A DNA stretch of 63,667 nucleotides, filler included, from Choristocarpus tenellus KU-1152 (lineage: Eukaryota; Protista; Phaeophyceae), in assembly GCA_964200185.2 (NCBI GenBank). It is 12 parts of 12 records of this genome, joined end to end, with 100 filler letters (N's around TTAATTAATTAA, not from the genome) between each part and the next. Parts side by side here need not be neighbours in the genome. Positions count along the whole stretch, not along the records: positions 39,208 to 44,593 come from CAXNAD020010955.1; positions 44,694 to 53,361 come from CAXNAD020004462.1; 10 more parts are not named here. One strand, 5' to 3'. The notes under the pieces were generated by a model. It ran no database searches. It saw nothing but the letters and a program-made list of their open reading frames with translations, and had not been told where the DNA came from. Below, one piece after another: positions 39,208-49,678 of the stretch; the first letter of the stretch is position 1; each line of letters starts with the position of its first letter. The translations under genes were made by a program, and so were the position numbers.

Positions 39208-39257
39208 CAAATGGACACCCTGGTGTAGACCCCCCCCCCTCCCAGATACTTTGGGTC
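39208..39257 (-). mobile_element. MITE subfamily B end at contig start
   Basis: CAAATGGACACCCTGGTGTAGACCCCC...CCAGATACTTTGGGTC. Confidence 0.78.
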
Positions 39258-40273
39258 ACTCGCGTTGTTCCTGAGCCAGCACAACTCGCAGCGCGCTCGC
39301 CAATGGTGCAAACCTGCTTTTTTCATCCAATAACCAAGAGGCAAGGTCGTTCCAAGTGCGGCCGCTTCCTTCCATCTCTTCTAGACCATCGTGGTTGACA
39401 AACATGGAGAGGAAGAGGTCCTACATCTGCGGTGTGATGGGCATGATCCTCTCGAAGAACTGCGACAACGATTCCTCCATATTGTCCAGGCCCATTGGTT
39501 TGTTGTTGAGTGAATGAACGAGTGTGGGGATAGTCGCAAATGTGATTTGGCGAAAGTTTTTTTGTTATGCACTATAATCTAATTCTTCAAATGTGCCAAT
39601 ATATGAAGAAAAAAAAAATGCAAATTGGACGTTTTGACCCTGTTGCACTAACGAAGAAATAGAGGATGGAGAGTTGTATATATACAACTGTAACTCTTTC
39701 TTTGTTCTAGTCCAACGTCGTCACTGACATACATATAAATTCCAATATATTAGCCAAGAGAGCAATACTACCCTTCTTAATCTTCCTATTTGATTCCCGA
39801 TGAAAAGGAACACTCGAACTAGCCTGTTTAGAACCCCAATATATATACTACTATCTTCTAGGGGTACAACTTTCAGTAAGGTCGGATGTTCTTTTATTGG
39901 TTACTGTGAACTTCTTATACAACCGAAAAAAAAAGAGGTCGAAAAGATAGCGCTTCTTTGGTCAAGGGAGACTTGGTGTGTATCCCTTCTATGAGGATTA
40001 ACTCGTCTGCCGCTATCCCTGTGCGCTGTACGTAACGCTAAACACTGGGCGTGTTGGAAGGGAAAAAGACGACAGAACTTCTTCTTCGTGCAAGGTGATC
40101 AGGTGCACACGACTTGAGGATGATGTAATCCGACCGCGACATGCCATCCTCTCTGGACATGACTCATGCGCAAACCATTTTCTCTCTCTCCTTCTGTCGG
40201 TTTCCCCTGTGCCATTTGCAACGTGCCCACCCGATGCAGACATCACACGATAAAAGGAGAGGCTTAGTCTAAC

Positions 40274-41093
40274 CACCGAATGCTGCCATGCCTCCAAAGG
40301 GAACCAGAAGGTGAGTCCCCCTACCAGAAACGTGCACCTTTTGTGCAGCTCATTCGGGAGCGTTTCTGAAAGACCAATATCGCAAACACCATCCTGATTT
40401 AGTGCCTTTGACGGATGTTGTGGCTTTCGTCCGTTCACATAGCCATGTATTAGGATGTGGGTGACATCATCATGTACCCAAACGGTTGTATGACCCCGTA
40501 GTACCGGCCCCTAACCCAACCATTGTCGAGTAACGTGCCATAGCCAACACGCCCTTTCAGGGTCGAGCCTTCCTCGACAACCGGCCGTTTGTGATATGTA
40601 AAGTATTCCGCCAATCTCGATGTACGTGTTCCTCTTGACAAACAGTTCCAACATCTCTTGTACCCAGCATTAATGAAAGCAGGAACATGCCCCTCGCATT
40701 AGGAATTATCTCGTTATTGCTTTCTTAATGCATAGCCCAAATTCAGGTTAGGCTTAGACGGTGCTGCTGTCCACCACATAAGATCGCCCGTACAAACACA
40801 CACGACACAGACACACCCCTAATTACATTCCCTCCTCACAATACTGTGCAAAGTGGTAGCGATTGGTACCCCACCGCGTTATCTAGAAAGGTTTTTAGGA
40901 CTACGAACATACCAATTTCGACCACCACTGCTATGTTGCCACCCGTGTAAATATCTTCCGGAACCTCCAGATACAATTCCGAGTGAAAGCAATTTCGCGT
41001 CAAAATCGGCATAACCCCTATGCACGCCGGTCTGTCTATCCCGGCGTATATAGCACGGGTTTGTTGACACTGCTGACAATTTTTTGGTGTACA
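40274..41093 (-). pseudogene. Unknown spliced gene divergent from ParB-like gene 2 (one in-frame stop)
   Basis: Exon about 41093-40913 (CTPKNCQQCQQ...NIAVVVEI, GTATGT donor) joins in phase 1 to about 40656-40274 (EMLELFVKRNTYIEIGG...VGGLTFWFPLEAWQHSV). Confidence 0.4.
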
Positions 41094-41279
41094 CTAAGAG
41101 GCCTCCATGTCATGGCGGATTGAAATCCAGGGAGCAAATGCTCACGTTAGGCCAAGATTGGCGACGTGTGCGGTGTTGAAGAGTGTCCAATGTATCCACC
41201 CCTCATTGCGCTTTTCTTGGTCGTGAACACAACCACACCTCTCTACACATGTTTATATGTTCATTTGCATTCGGAGCTT

Positions 41280-41602
41280 GTACGAAGCAGCTGTCAATAG
41301 TGGTGTAACCAACATTTTCAAATTCGATGCCCCTTTATTTCCTGCGATTAGAAGCGTGTACACTCCAGCTGCAAGTAGTGGTATCACCAACAATTTCAAA
41401 TTCGTTGCCCTTACATTTACTACCATTAGAAGCGTGTACATACCACCTGTCAATAGTGCTATCACCAACATTTTGAAATCCGATGCCCCTGTATTTATCA
41501 CCATAGAACCGTGCACACACCTGTCAATAGTGGTAACGCCAACATTTTCAAATCCGATGCCCCTGTATTTATCACCATCAGAACCGTGTACACACCAGCT
41601 GT
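41280..41602. repeat. Four ~75-78-bp tandem units upstream of ParB-like gene 2
   Basis: Unit CTGTCAATAGTGGTATCACCAACATTTTCAAATTCGATGCCCCT.TATTT..CACCAT.AGAA.CGTGTACAC. Confidence 0.88.
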
Positions 41603-42974
41603 TCAAAAACCGTCTGCCAGCAGCAGTGCCAGCATCACTCACCCCAACTGCATTTCACGTTGGACCTAACCCAACACCTACCGGACCTCGAAATACCGTA
41701 TGCATCTGTGGCAATTTCTAAGCGTGTAATCTCTTTATTCCCTTGTCAGAGCACTGCGCACACCATATCCTGTCGTCAGCCAACCATCCAAAGCCTCCAT
41801 CCTACCGAAATTACCCCACCCACCCCAGGTGCTGACAATGTAAGCCCTGAAGGCAACACCCATGATCCTTAAACGTTAACCCTAACCAACACTAATCACC
41901 TACATCTCAAACACTCAACCCAATCCGCGAAGAGACAGATTTCACCTTACATGTAACAAGTCGACGTACTGGTAATGCAAGCGGATATCGTCAGAATTTA
42001 TTCCAGCGAATTGAACGGAACTTCACCGAATTGGAACATGGGTTGCAGTGACATATGTTGAGAGTAATCAGACAACTGATCCGAAATAGAACTAGGAGTC
42101 CACCATAAAATTCCACGCACCACAACATCCTTCTGTCGAATGATACCTCGTGACACCATCGATACGCACATGTAAGGACTCCGATACGATTGGAACGTTT
42201 CCGATAAGGTTCGTATCGCGTCACAACGCAATCTCGATTTTACTCGCGCGATGGTATCACCACACGTGTGTAGCTCAGTAAAAAAACCGCGGTAACTTCA
42301 CTTTAGAATTTAATGGCTTCTGCCAACCGGCAGAAAATCCCAAATTTCTACTTCAAAGTACGTTCCAAAATTGCCATTTTCGTTTCAAACTGGGTCATTC
42401 ATGCTTTCACTTTCGCGGTTCAACTTAATGTTTTCCTGCTTTCCATGCTTGTTCCAAATCGGTACACACCACCCCCAACCATTTTGCCGTGCTTTCGAAA
42501 TTGATGGCCCTTACTGTCTGACATAACACATCAAATTTCTTCATTACTCTGTCTGGCCTATGTCAAGCACAAACCTGTGCATGGTTGCCCTCCCAACATC
42601 TAACCCGGGGCGGTGCGTAAATCCTTTTCATCTGCGTACGGTATTGGTGCGTTCTCATATTCAATATTCCTTCCATGTTGGCGGGGTTTACCGCTCGACG
42701 CATGTTCGCAAATAGCAGTCGCCACGGAAAACACTACACAGTCCTCATGACGACAACAACGCTTCGCCCATATCATCTAACGTTTGCCTAGCCTACGCAT
42801 GGACACGAACCTCGCACTCCCTACAGACCCCGTCATCATCGATCACATACTCTGTCACTGTTTATACAACAATACCCTTGCTGTAATCGCCCAACAATAG
42901 TATCCATCCCTGCGTCGATATCCTTCTTGTTTGCTGATATCGTAGCCACAAAATATCCCCCCCTACCTTCACAG

Positions 42975-44321
42975 TCAGTCGGCTGGAGGTCCAAAGAAAC
43001 CTGAAGAGGACAAGACGACAGAGTTGGTCATACCAAATCTCAGCGCAACCCGTATGGTCAACCTAGCCACTTCTGCTTCGTTGTCCCAGAGGTACAATGC
43101 AAATTTCTTTGATAAGGAGAGGGTAGAGTCAATGTTTTCAAAGCTAGGCCTGGACCCACAGGTCGCCGCCGATAAGCTCGAAGGGATCCTGAGTGGGCAG
43201 CCTTTCTCTTTATGCCTACGATGGAAAACGATCCATAAGTTCAAGGCCAAGGCTCAAAGTATCTGGGAGGGGGTGGCGGCTGTCCATTTGGGGTCAATTT
43301 TTTCATGTCCGATTTTTGGNNNNNNNNNNCCCCTCCCAGATACTTTGGGTCCAACATGCACAGAGCAAAGGTACCCTCTGATGTGCCCGACAGTGAACTG
43401 CTCGTGCACTACATTGCCAACGGCAACCTGGAACTGGAAAAGGATGGCAATGCTAGGGATCTGCACGATGACGACAACTTCTTGTTTTCTCTGAATGGAC
43501 AGCATAGGATCATGCTCCTGAGGGTCATCGAGTGTGTGGCGAAGGAGGATAATATCCCATGTAGCATCAACCTCCCCGCCCACCTCACAACACGATGGGC
43601 CTTAGACGTCGGAGCAAACCTCCAGATAGGCGAGCACAGGGGGTTCATGTGGAAGATATTTCCACACTACAGTCACGAGAAGGCTGATTCCATATCGATG
43701 GGAGAGAGTGTGGTGGCCAGCAGATCACACGTGCCTAACATCCTCAACATATTCCATTGGATGATGGGTTGGGTTGCAGCTATCATGGAGTATAAGCGTG
43801 ACTTCAGGTGTGAAAGGTCCTGCCCCTACCTGCAGGATACGGGTGAGGACTCTGAGCGTCGCACGCGCATGACGACATTGCTAACCCGATGCAACCAATA
43901 CTGTCTGGGAGACATAGATTTCCGGATTGCCGACGCCGCTTTCCAGACGGCAATAAGGAGGAGGGTTACTGCGAAAAAAAAGGCATTCCTCACGGAAGCG
44001 TGGGAGGACACAACCACGGAAACCGGGATGAGAAGACTCAATGACCAAATCTCTGCCCAGTTCTACAATTCGATCGCTACCCTTGCGCAGATATGTGCCG
44101 GAGAAGGTGAGGTTCTCACGGCTCCTTCCCAGGAAACGTTTCGTGAAACGATTATTAAGCACCGCCTACTTTTCGTCACCCATATCCATATTAATTGGGC
44201 ATTGGTGATCCTACTAACCCAATCCCTTTCTTCCCCTCACTATGTTCCACCAGAAACAAAAGAGCTGGAGGACATCCTTCTCCGTGTGTGGAGAGAACAC
44301 AAGAAGCGCGACGGCTCCAGC
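42975..44321 (+). CDS. Large exon of gene 2 encoding a ParB/Srx-fold-like domain protein, interrupted by a MITE
   Basis: Acceptor CCTTCACAG at 42974 and donor GTAAGT at 44322. Removing the MITE (43251-43351) plus one CAA TSD fuses ORFs 43024 and 43305 in frame (HKFKA-NMHRAK), giving about 414 stop-free codons with TRMVN...FLFSLNGQHRIMLL...WKIFPHYSHEKADSISMGE. Confidence 0.65.
43251..43351 (-). mobile_element. MITE subfamily B (internal 10-N gap) in ParB-like gene 2
   Basis: GGCTCAAAGTATCTGGGAGG...CCTCCCAGATACTTTGGGTC; CAA TSD. Confidence 0.85.
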
Positions 44322-45502
44322 GTAAGTGCAGTTCAGCCATCTCGACATTTTGACATCCAATACCCCATCACTAACGGTCCAACAACACGGTACTAACCCC
44401 TGGCTTCACAGACTTGTGCAAAATAGACTAGTTGTCTATATGGTTTATAGTATAAGAGTGAATGAAGTCATTTAACTTGAACTTATAAGTGACTGACGTA
44501 GTGTAACTGTCACAAACATGTTTAAACATATTTCTGACGTGTTTGATGACGAATGAATTAGATAACAACGGAGAGCACCACCCCCCACCTTGANNNNNNN
44601 NNNNNNNNNNNNNNNNNNNNNNNNNNNNNNNNNNNNNTTAATTAATTAANNNNNNNNNNNNNNNNNNNNNNNNNNNNNNNNNNNNNNNNNNNNCCTGTGA
44701 GACCATGTTCACCACGCCGAAATCAGTCACCGGCCGGTAGCTCCGACCCTCAGACTTGAGCAAAGGCAATGCTGGGCTGCTCCATACAGCCTATATGTCC
44801 GGCTCAGCATCCCTAGGACGAACAGCAGGCCCATATATCCTGCCATTCACCTCTGCTGCTCCGGATGGTACGCCCTGTGTCTGACCTTCACAGGAGTCGT
44901 CCCTTCGTTCAGCACCACTCGCCTGGGCTCTACCTTGGCAGGCGGGTCACGCCCCAAGGATACCTGGAACACATTGGTCCGGGTTGCTATTGCTTGTTGT
45001 AGGCGCCCCCAGGCACCAAGGGGCATCCCGCCCCTTTGTGCCTCTTGTAAGAAGGTTACCAACGCCAAAGCCCAGTTTTTCTTCCTCCTTCAGAAGCTCA
45101 GGGCCTTGCTCCAGCAGTGTAGAGACGAGGCCATCACCTCTGTCCAGATGAGCAGTCCCCATGCTCTCCTACATCACCTCCACAATAACAATCACACACC
45201 GCGTAGAAGTAATATCTTGTTCCAGACCTGCGAAATGCAGTTCGGTCTTCCTTCGGGCCACCTCCTCAAATTATTGCTTCAAGTCAAGGCCTAACGCGTC
45301 CCGCAATGTCTTGCTGCCCACAATTAACACACCAACATTGCCTGGTATAACTGCCAAGACAAGATTTCTCACCACCACGGGCCTGTAGCCCGAGTAGAGT
45401 GCTACATTGAAGGGACATGTCACATTCCCGATGGTCTGCGAGAGGTCATATGCGATCTTCATCAGCAAAGGCTGGTGGAGGGGATTCGTCAGTGCTGCAC
45501 AA

Positions 45503-45759
45503 GAGTCGAAGTATCTTAGAGGTAGAACCGCGTCCGTTTGGGAGCCAAAATCCAATGTTGAGATTTTGATGTAATTTTGGCTATCGTGTGTTTGTTAGGA
45601 TGTGTCAATATATTCTTGTTCGGACACACCTTCTCATAACATACACATTTTCCTAGTCCAAAATGTTTCAGAGTAGGAAAATGTCATAAATACCCGTGGG
45701 AAGCCAAGCCCCAATGAACAAACTGTGCAAAACTCGTATTCCCTAAGATTCTTTCGCTC
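45503..45759 (-). mobile_element. MITE subfamily A at the gypsy protease active site
   Basis: GAGTCGAAGTATC...GATTCTTTCGCTC. The TSD is not cleanly preserved. Confidence 0.82.
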
Positions 45760-46739
45760 TCCACCTAAATGCTGCTACGTATTTAGCACCAGGCTCTCAG
45801 ATATTCTTATGAGCCCTGGCCCTGGGTCCATCAGGGCCTTCATACTGAAAGGCAACTTCCTGTGCATGTTGACCCCCACAGGTGTTACATCTGTTGTATC
45901 AATGTAGCTCAACCTTTCCACACGTCCACCCCTTCCGTGGCCAGGGATGCATCCTCGTAAGTGCCTCTGGATTTTTCGCAGGCCAGTATGGCTTGCATAA
46001 GGATCAAGGTTGGGATCCTAGCTTGGCGGCAGCAGAGGCTTCCCATAATCCACATGATCTGGAACCATCTTATTGACCCTCACTGCCTTGCCACCCATCC
46101 ATGCTCCCACTACCATTGCCTTGCCAGAACTCGGCTACAGGCTGGGGAGCTAGCGCCTGCTGGCTCCTTGTGCCTTGAGCTTCCCTCAGATGATTTATTC
46201 CCCCCTCTACACTTGAGGGTTGCAGTCTGTGGCAGCCCCAGGTTGTTGACTTTGCCCTGGCCCAGATCCGCTCCCTGGACCTGGACCTGTACCAGGTTGC
46301 TGTGGCTGTCCTGCTGCAGATGCTGCTGCTCTTTCCGGACTCCAACAAGCAAGCTCTAACAAGCAAGCTCAGGCATTGAGCATGTTTATGGTCAACTTTC
46401 CCGCATGCATCACAAGTCCCTTTGAATTTTTCCTTCCCCACACTCAAACCTGTACTAGGTGTGCCTCCTCCTGGCTTGCCTGTCTTCTCCCCAAACTTTG
46501 TCGCCCCCTCCTGTTGTTTGCCACCGGGTCCACCGGGTCCACCAGGTCCACCGGGTTTGCCTTGCTTGGTTTGTTTCTTTTCTCATGCCTGAACCCTCTC
46601 ATAAATGCTCCATTTTTCAGCTTTGCTCTTTCACCACCGGCTCAAAGATCTGGTCTGGATCCTTTTTGAGCTCAGGGTCCCATGCTACATGCTTATGAAT
46701 TTCTGCCTTAAACGCAGGGGGTTTGAGCCCTGCAATAAA

Positions 46740-47046
46740 TGTCACAGGCGATATGCCTTGATGGCGGTTTCATAAACACCATTATGACATTGAAGTTCTA
46801 GATTTGATACATTTGTACTTCTTGACCTTTTATTAATTATTTGGTCATTATAATCCCCGATTGTGAGAAGACATGGTAGACCAGTTCCTTATGTATGACG
46901 ATAATGACGATAATCCAAGTGAGAGATCCAGCATACTTCACGACTTTGCATCAGGAATCCTATACCTACATCAGTATCATCTATAAGACCGTGGATTGGA
47001 GCTATACATCCTGTGGAGGTAAGCTTTCTCTGGGGGGCCTGTAACA
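46740..47046. mobile_element. Solo LTR inserted in gypsy gag
   Basis: TGTCACAGGC...GCCTGTAACA inverted termini with a TAAA TSD. Removal restores in-frame gag LGAFIAGLKPPAFKAEI. Confidence 0.78.
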
Positions 47047-47358
47047 TAAAGGCCCCCAAGAGTACCTTCCCGGGCCCTGCCTTCTAAGCCTCCTGTACTT
47101 GTCCTGCATTCCGGTGGAAAGCGCCATCCAAATTGCTATCTTCTAGATAGCCCTCGATGTCCTGGATCACTCCCATGATCCGATCAGCGGCGGACCCTTC
47201 ATTTCCCATCCAGGCCACCCTCTGCAAATTCCCTTGGATTTCTGTAACGTCGAAGATGCGGTGTCTTCGTTACCGACTCGAGTCGCCTTCTTGAGCGCTT
47301 TTGGGAGCTGCACTACTTCCGCCCAATTGTTTAGAGTTCGCACCTCACCAGTGCTCAA

Positions 47359-47617
47359 GCGTCAAAGTATCTTAGAGGGTAGAGCCGCGTCCATTTGGGG
47401 TCGAAATCCCACGTTGCGATTTTGATGTAATTTGGTTATGTCGTGTTTGTTACGAGGTGTCAATGTCCTTGTTCCAGACACACTTTTTCATAACGTATAC
47501 ATTTTACCTACTCCGAAACATTTCGTAATAGGAAAATGTCATTAAAAAAAACTTGGGAAGCCAAGCCCCAAACGGACAAACAGGGAAAAACTCGTACCCT
47601 CTACGATACTTTCACTC
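47359..47617 (-). mobile_element. MITE subfamily A
   Basis: GCGTCAAAGTATC...GATACTTTCACTC; CAA TSD. Confidence 0.88.
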
Positions 47618-47666
47618 CAACTCTGAGCAATGGTTAGGGACTCGGCCAGTCTCATAAGTGCAATTT

Positions 47667-47820
47667 GTCTTAGAGTATCTGAGGGGGGCTGGCGGCTGTC
47701 CGTTTGGGTCAATTTTTTCATGTCGCGATTTTTGGGTGATTTGGTTGCATACGTCCGATGGATAATGAAAATACACTTTTCCTGTTTTGCTCCAAATGGA
47801 CACCCTGGATACTTTGGGTC
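47667..47820 (-). mobile_element. MITE subfamily B
   Basis: GTCTTAGAGTATCTGAGGGG...GATACTTTGGGTC; ATTT TSD. Confidence 0.78.
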
Positions 47821-48053
47821 ATTTGCACAACTCGTTTTGAGTGCTGCACCCTAACGCTCATCTCGTATTCCCGTCAAGCTGTCAGAAACTCTCTCACCTC
47901 CTTCTCTGCCAGTCTATCAACCCACGGAGGTTGAATTTGCTACACACAATCTCCAGCTTAGACCAATTGGTCTCATGCAAGCCCCCCCAGGTTGCGCCAG
48001 GTTTATCTCTGTCGTTCCTCAACATATTGGCTCCCTTCAATCTAGTCGCTTCT

Positions 48054-48292
48054 GAGTCAAAGTATCTTAGAGGGTAGAGCCGTGTCCATTTGGGGGGCCA
48101 AAATCCAATGTTTCAATTTTGATGAAATTTTGGTACATATTTGTTAAGAGATGTCAATATCCTTGTTCCAGACACCCCTTTTCATAACATATACATTTTG
48201 GAGTAAGTAAAAGGCCGTCAAATACCCGTGGGAAGCCAAGGTTTAAATGGACAAACAGGGCAAAACTCATACTCTCTACGATACGTTCACTC
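48054..48292 (-). mobile_element. MITE subfamily A
   Basis: GAGTCAAAGTATC...GATACGTTCACTC; TTCT TSD. Confidence 0.87.
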
Positions 48293-48728
48293 TTCTGCTG
48301 CTTTCTGTCCAGTTGTATGCACTCCCAGTTCCAGCAAGCTCCTGCGATCACGTGTTCCCCCAGCAAATTCTAGCTCCGCGCCCAACCCTATGGTCAGGTC
48401 TCGAAAATTCAGTTGAATTATAGACAGTTCAACCACAGCAACTGATCTATGATGGCTTGTATGGACTCCACCCCACGTTGGGACTTAGAACTCTGTTCGT
48501 TTAAGGAGTGAGCTTAGTTCCGGTCAAGGACCGCATATGAGCACTCCAAACACCAAATAATGCAAACGCCTCAGCCATGTTAGGTAAACCCTCCATGCTG
48601 TGTCTACAAAGATCGTCGATGGATAGATACATTACTGTAATACAACATCCTTCCTCTTCCTTCATCGATATATTTCTTCAAATATATATATATATATATA
48701 AACCCTTACACACCATTCAATAACAAGC

Positions 48729-48992
48729 AAGTAAATGTATCTTAGAGGGTAAGAGTTTTGCCTTGTTTGTCCGTTTGAGACTTGGCTTCCCACATTTTTT
48801 TTTTGATGATATAGTCCTACTCCGAAACATTTCGGAATAGGTAAAATGTGTATGTTATGAAAACGTGTGTACAGAAGAAGGAAGACATTGACACTTCCTA
48901 ACAAACACGGTAGCGAAAACTACATAAAAATCGCAACATTGGCTTTTGGGCCCCAAGCGGACGCGGTTCTACCCTCTAAGATAATTGGACTC
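48729..48992 (+). mobile_element. MITE subfamily A
   Basis: AAGTAAATGTATCTTAGAGGGT...GATAATTGGACTC; AGC TSD. Confidence 0.85.
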
Positions 48993-49420
48993 AGCATCTC
49001 CTGCTACAGAAATACACTTATCCAACAGGATGTAAGCCGATATGAACTGGTTCGTCATATTCTCTCCTTGACTCGTACTCCACAACCCTTCTCAAAAATC
49101 CCCCGCTCTGTCAGGGACAAGAAAACATGAGACCCTACGTGGCAGTGACCAATCCAGTCTTTTTACTATGGCATTGAGGCGCAATCAAGAAGCCAACCTC
49201 GATGTTGCCTCCTAGAGAGAACAAAAAATATCTACCAACTATGACTGTGAGGAATCCAGCGGCTTGTGAGAAGGGGGGAATAACAACCCACAGTATGTAC
49301 ATGGATGACAGCAGTGATCATGGCAGTGGCAATGTTGGAGGGGACGGTAGGGAAGGTAGAGGTCCCAGGGGTATGGAGAAGACTCATGGTGATGAGGGAC
49401 AGAGAAAGAAATAGAAAAGA

Positions 49421-49678
49421 GAGTGAAAGTATCTTAGAGGGTACGAGTTTTGCCCTGTTTGTCAATTTAAACCTCGGCTTCCCACAGGGTTTTTTATGAC
49501 ATTTTCCTACTCCAAAAAGTTTCGGAGTAGGTAAAATGTGTACGTTATGAAATGGTGCGTCCAGAACATGGATGTTGACACTTCCTAGCAAACACGATAG
49601 CCAAAATTAATTAAAATTGCAACATTGGCTTTTGACCCCCAAATGGACTCGGCTCTACGCGCTAAGATACTTTTGCTC
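49421..49678 (+). mobile_element. MITE subfamily A
   Basis: GAGTGAAAGTATC...GATACTTTTGCTC; AAGA TSD. Confidence 0.88.

Larger units (their letters stand above)
44694..48600 (-). mobile_element. Ty3/gypsy LTR retrotransposon relic (gag-protease-RT start) with nested insertions
   Basis: Zinc knuckle CDACGKVDHKHAQC, protease (V)DSCA, and RT N terminus PVKVRHRAY...WSSPALPLLK...YRPVTDF. Contains stops and frameshifts. Confidence 0.85.

Noticed and set aside
41253-41721. Repeat-protein ORFs on both strands
   Set aside because: They are explained by the ~78-bp tandem unit. No recognisable repeat domain was seen, though coding cannot be fully excluded.
43251-43351. Spy-type (AAA|TTT target, no TSD) or 2-bp-TSD interpretation of the MITE ends
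   Set aside because: Neither restores the reading frame here. Extending the ends by 5 bp gives matching 3-4-bp TSDs in 11 of 12 complete copies.
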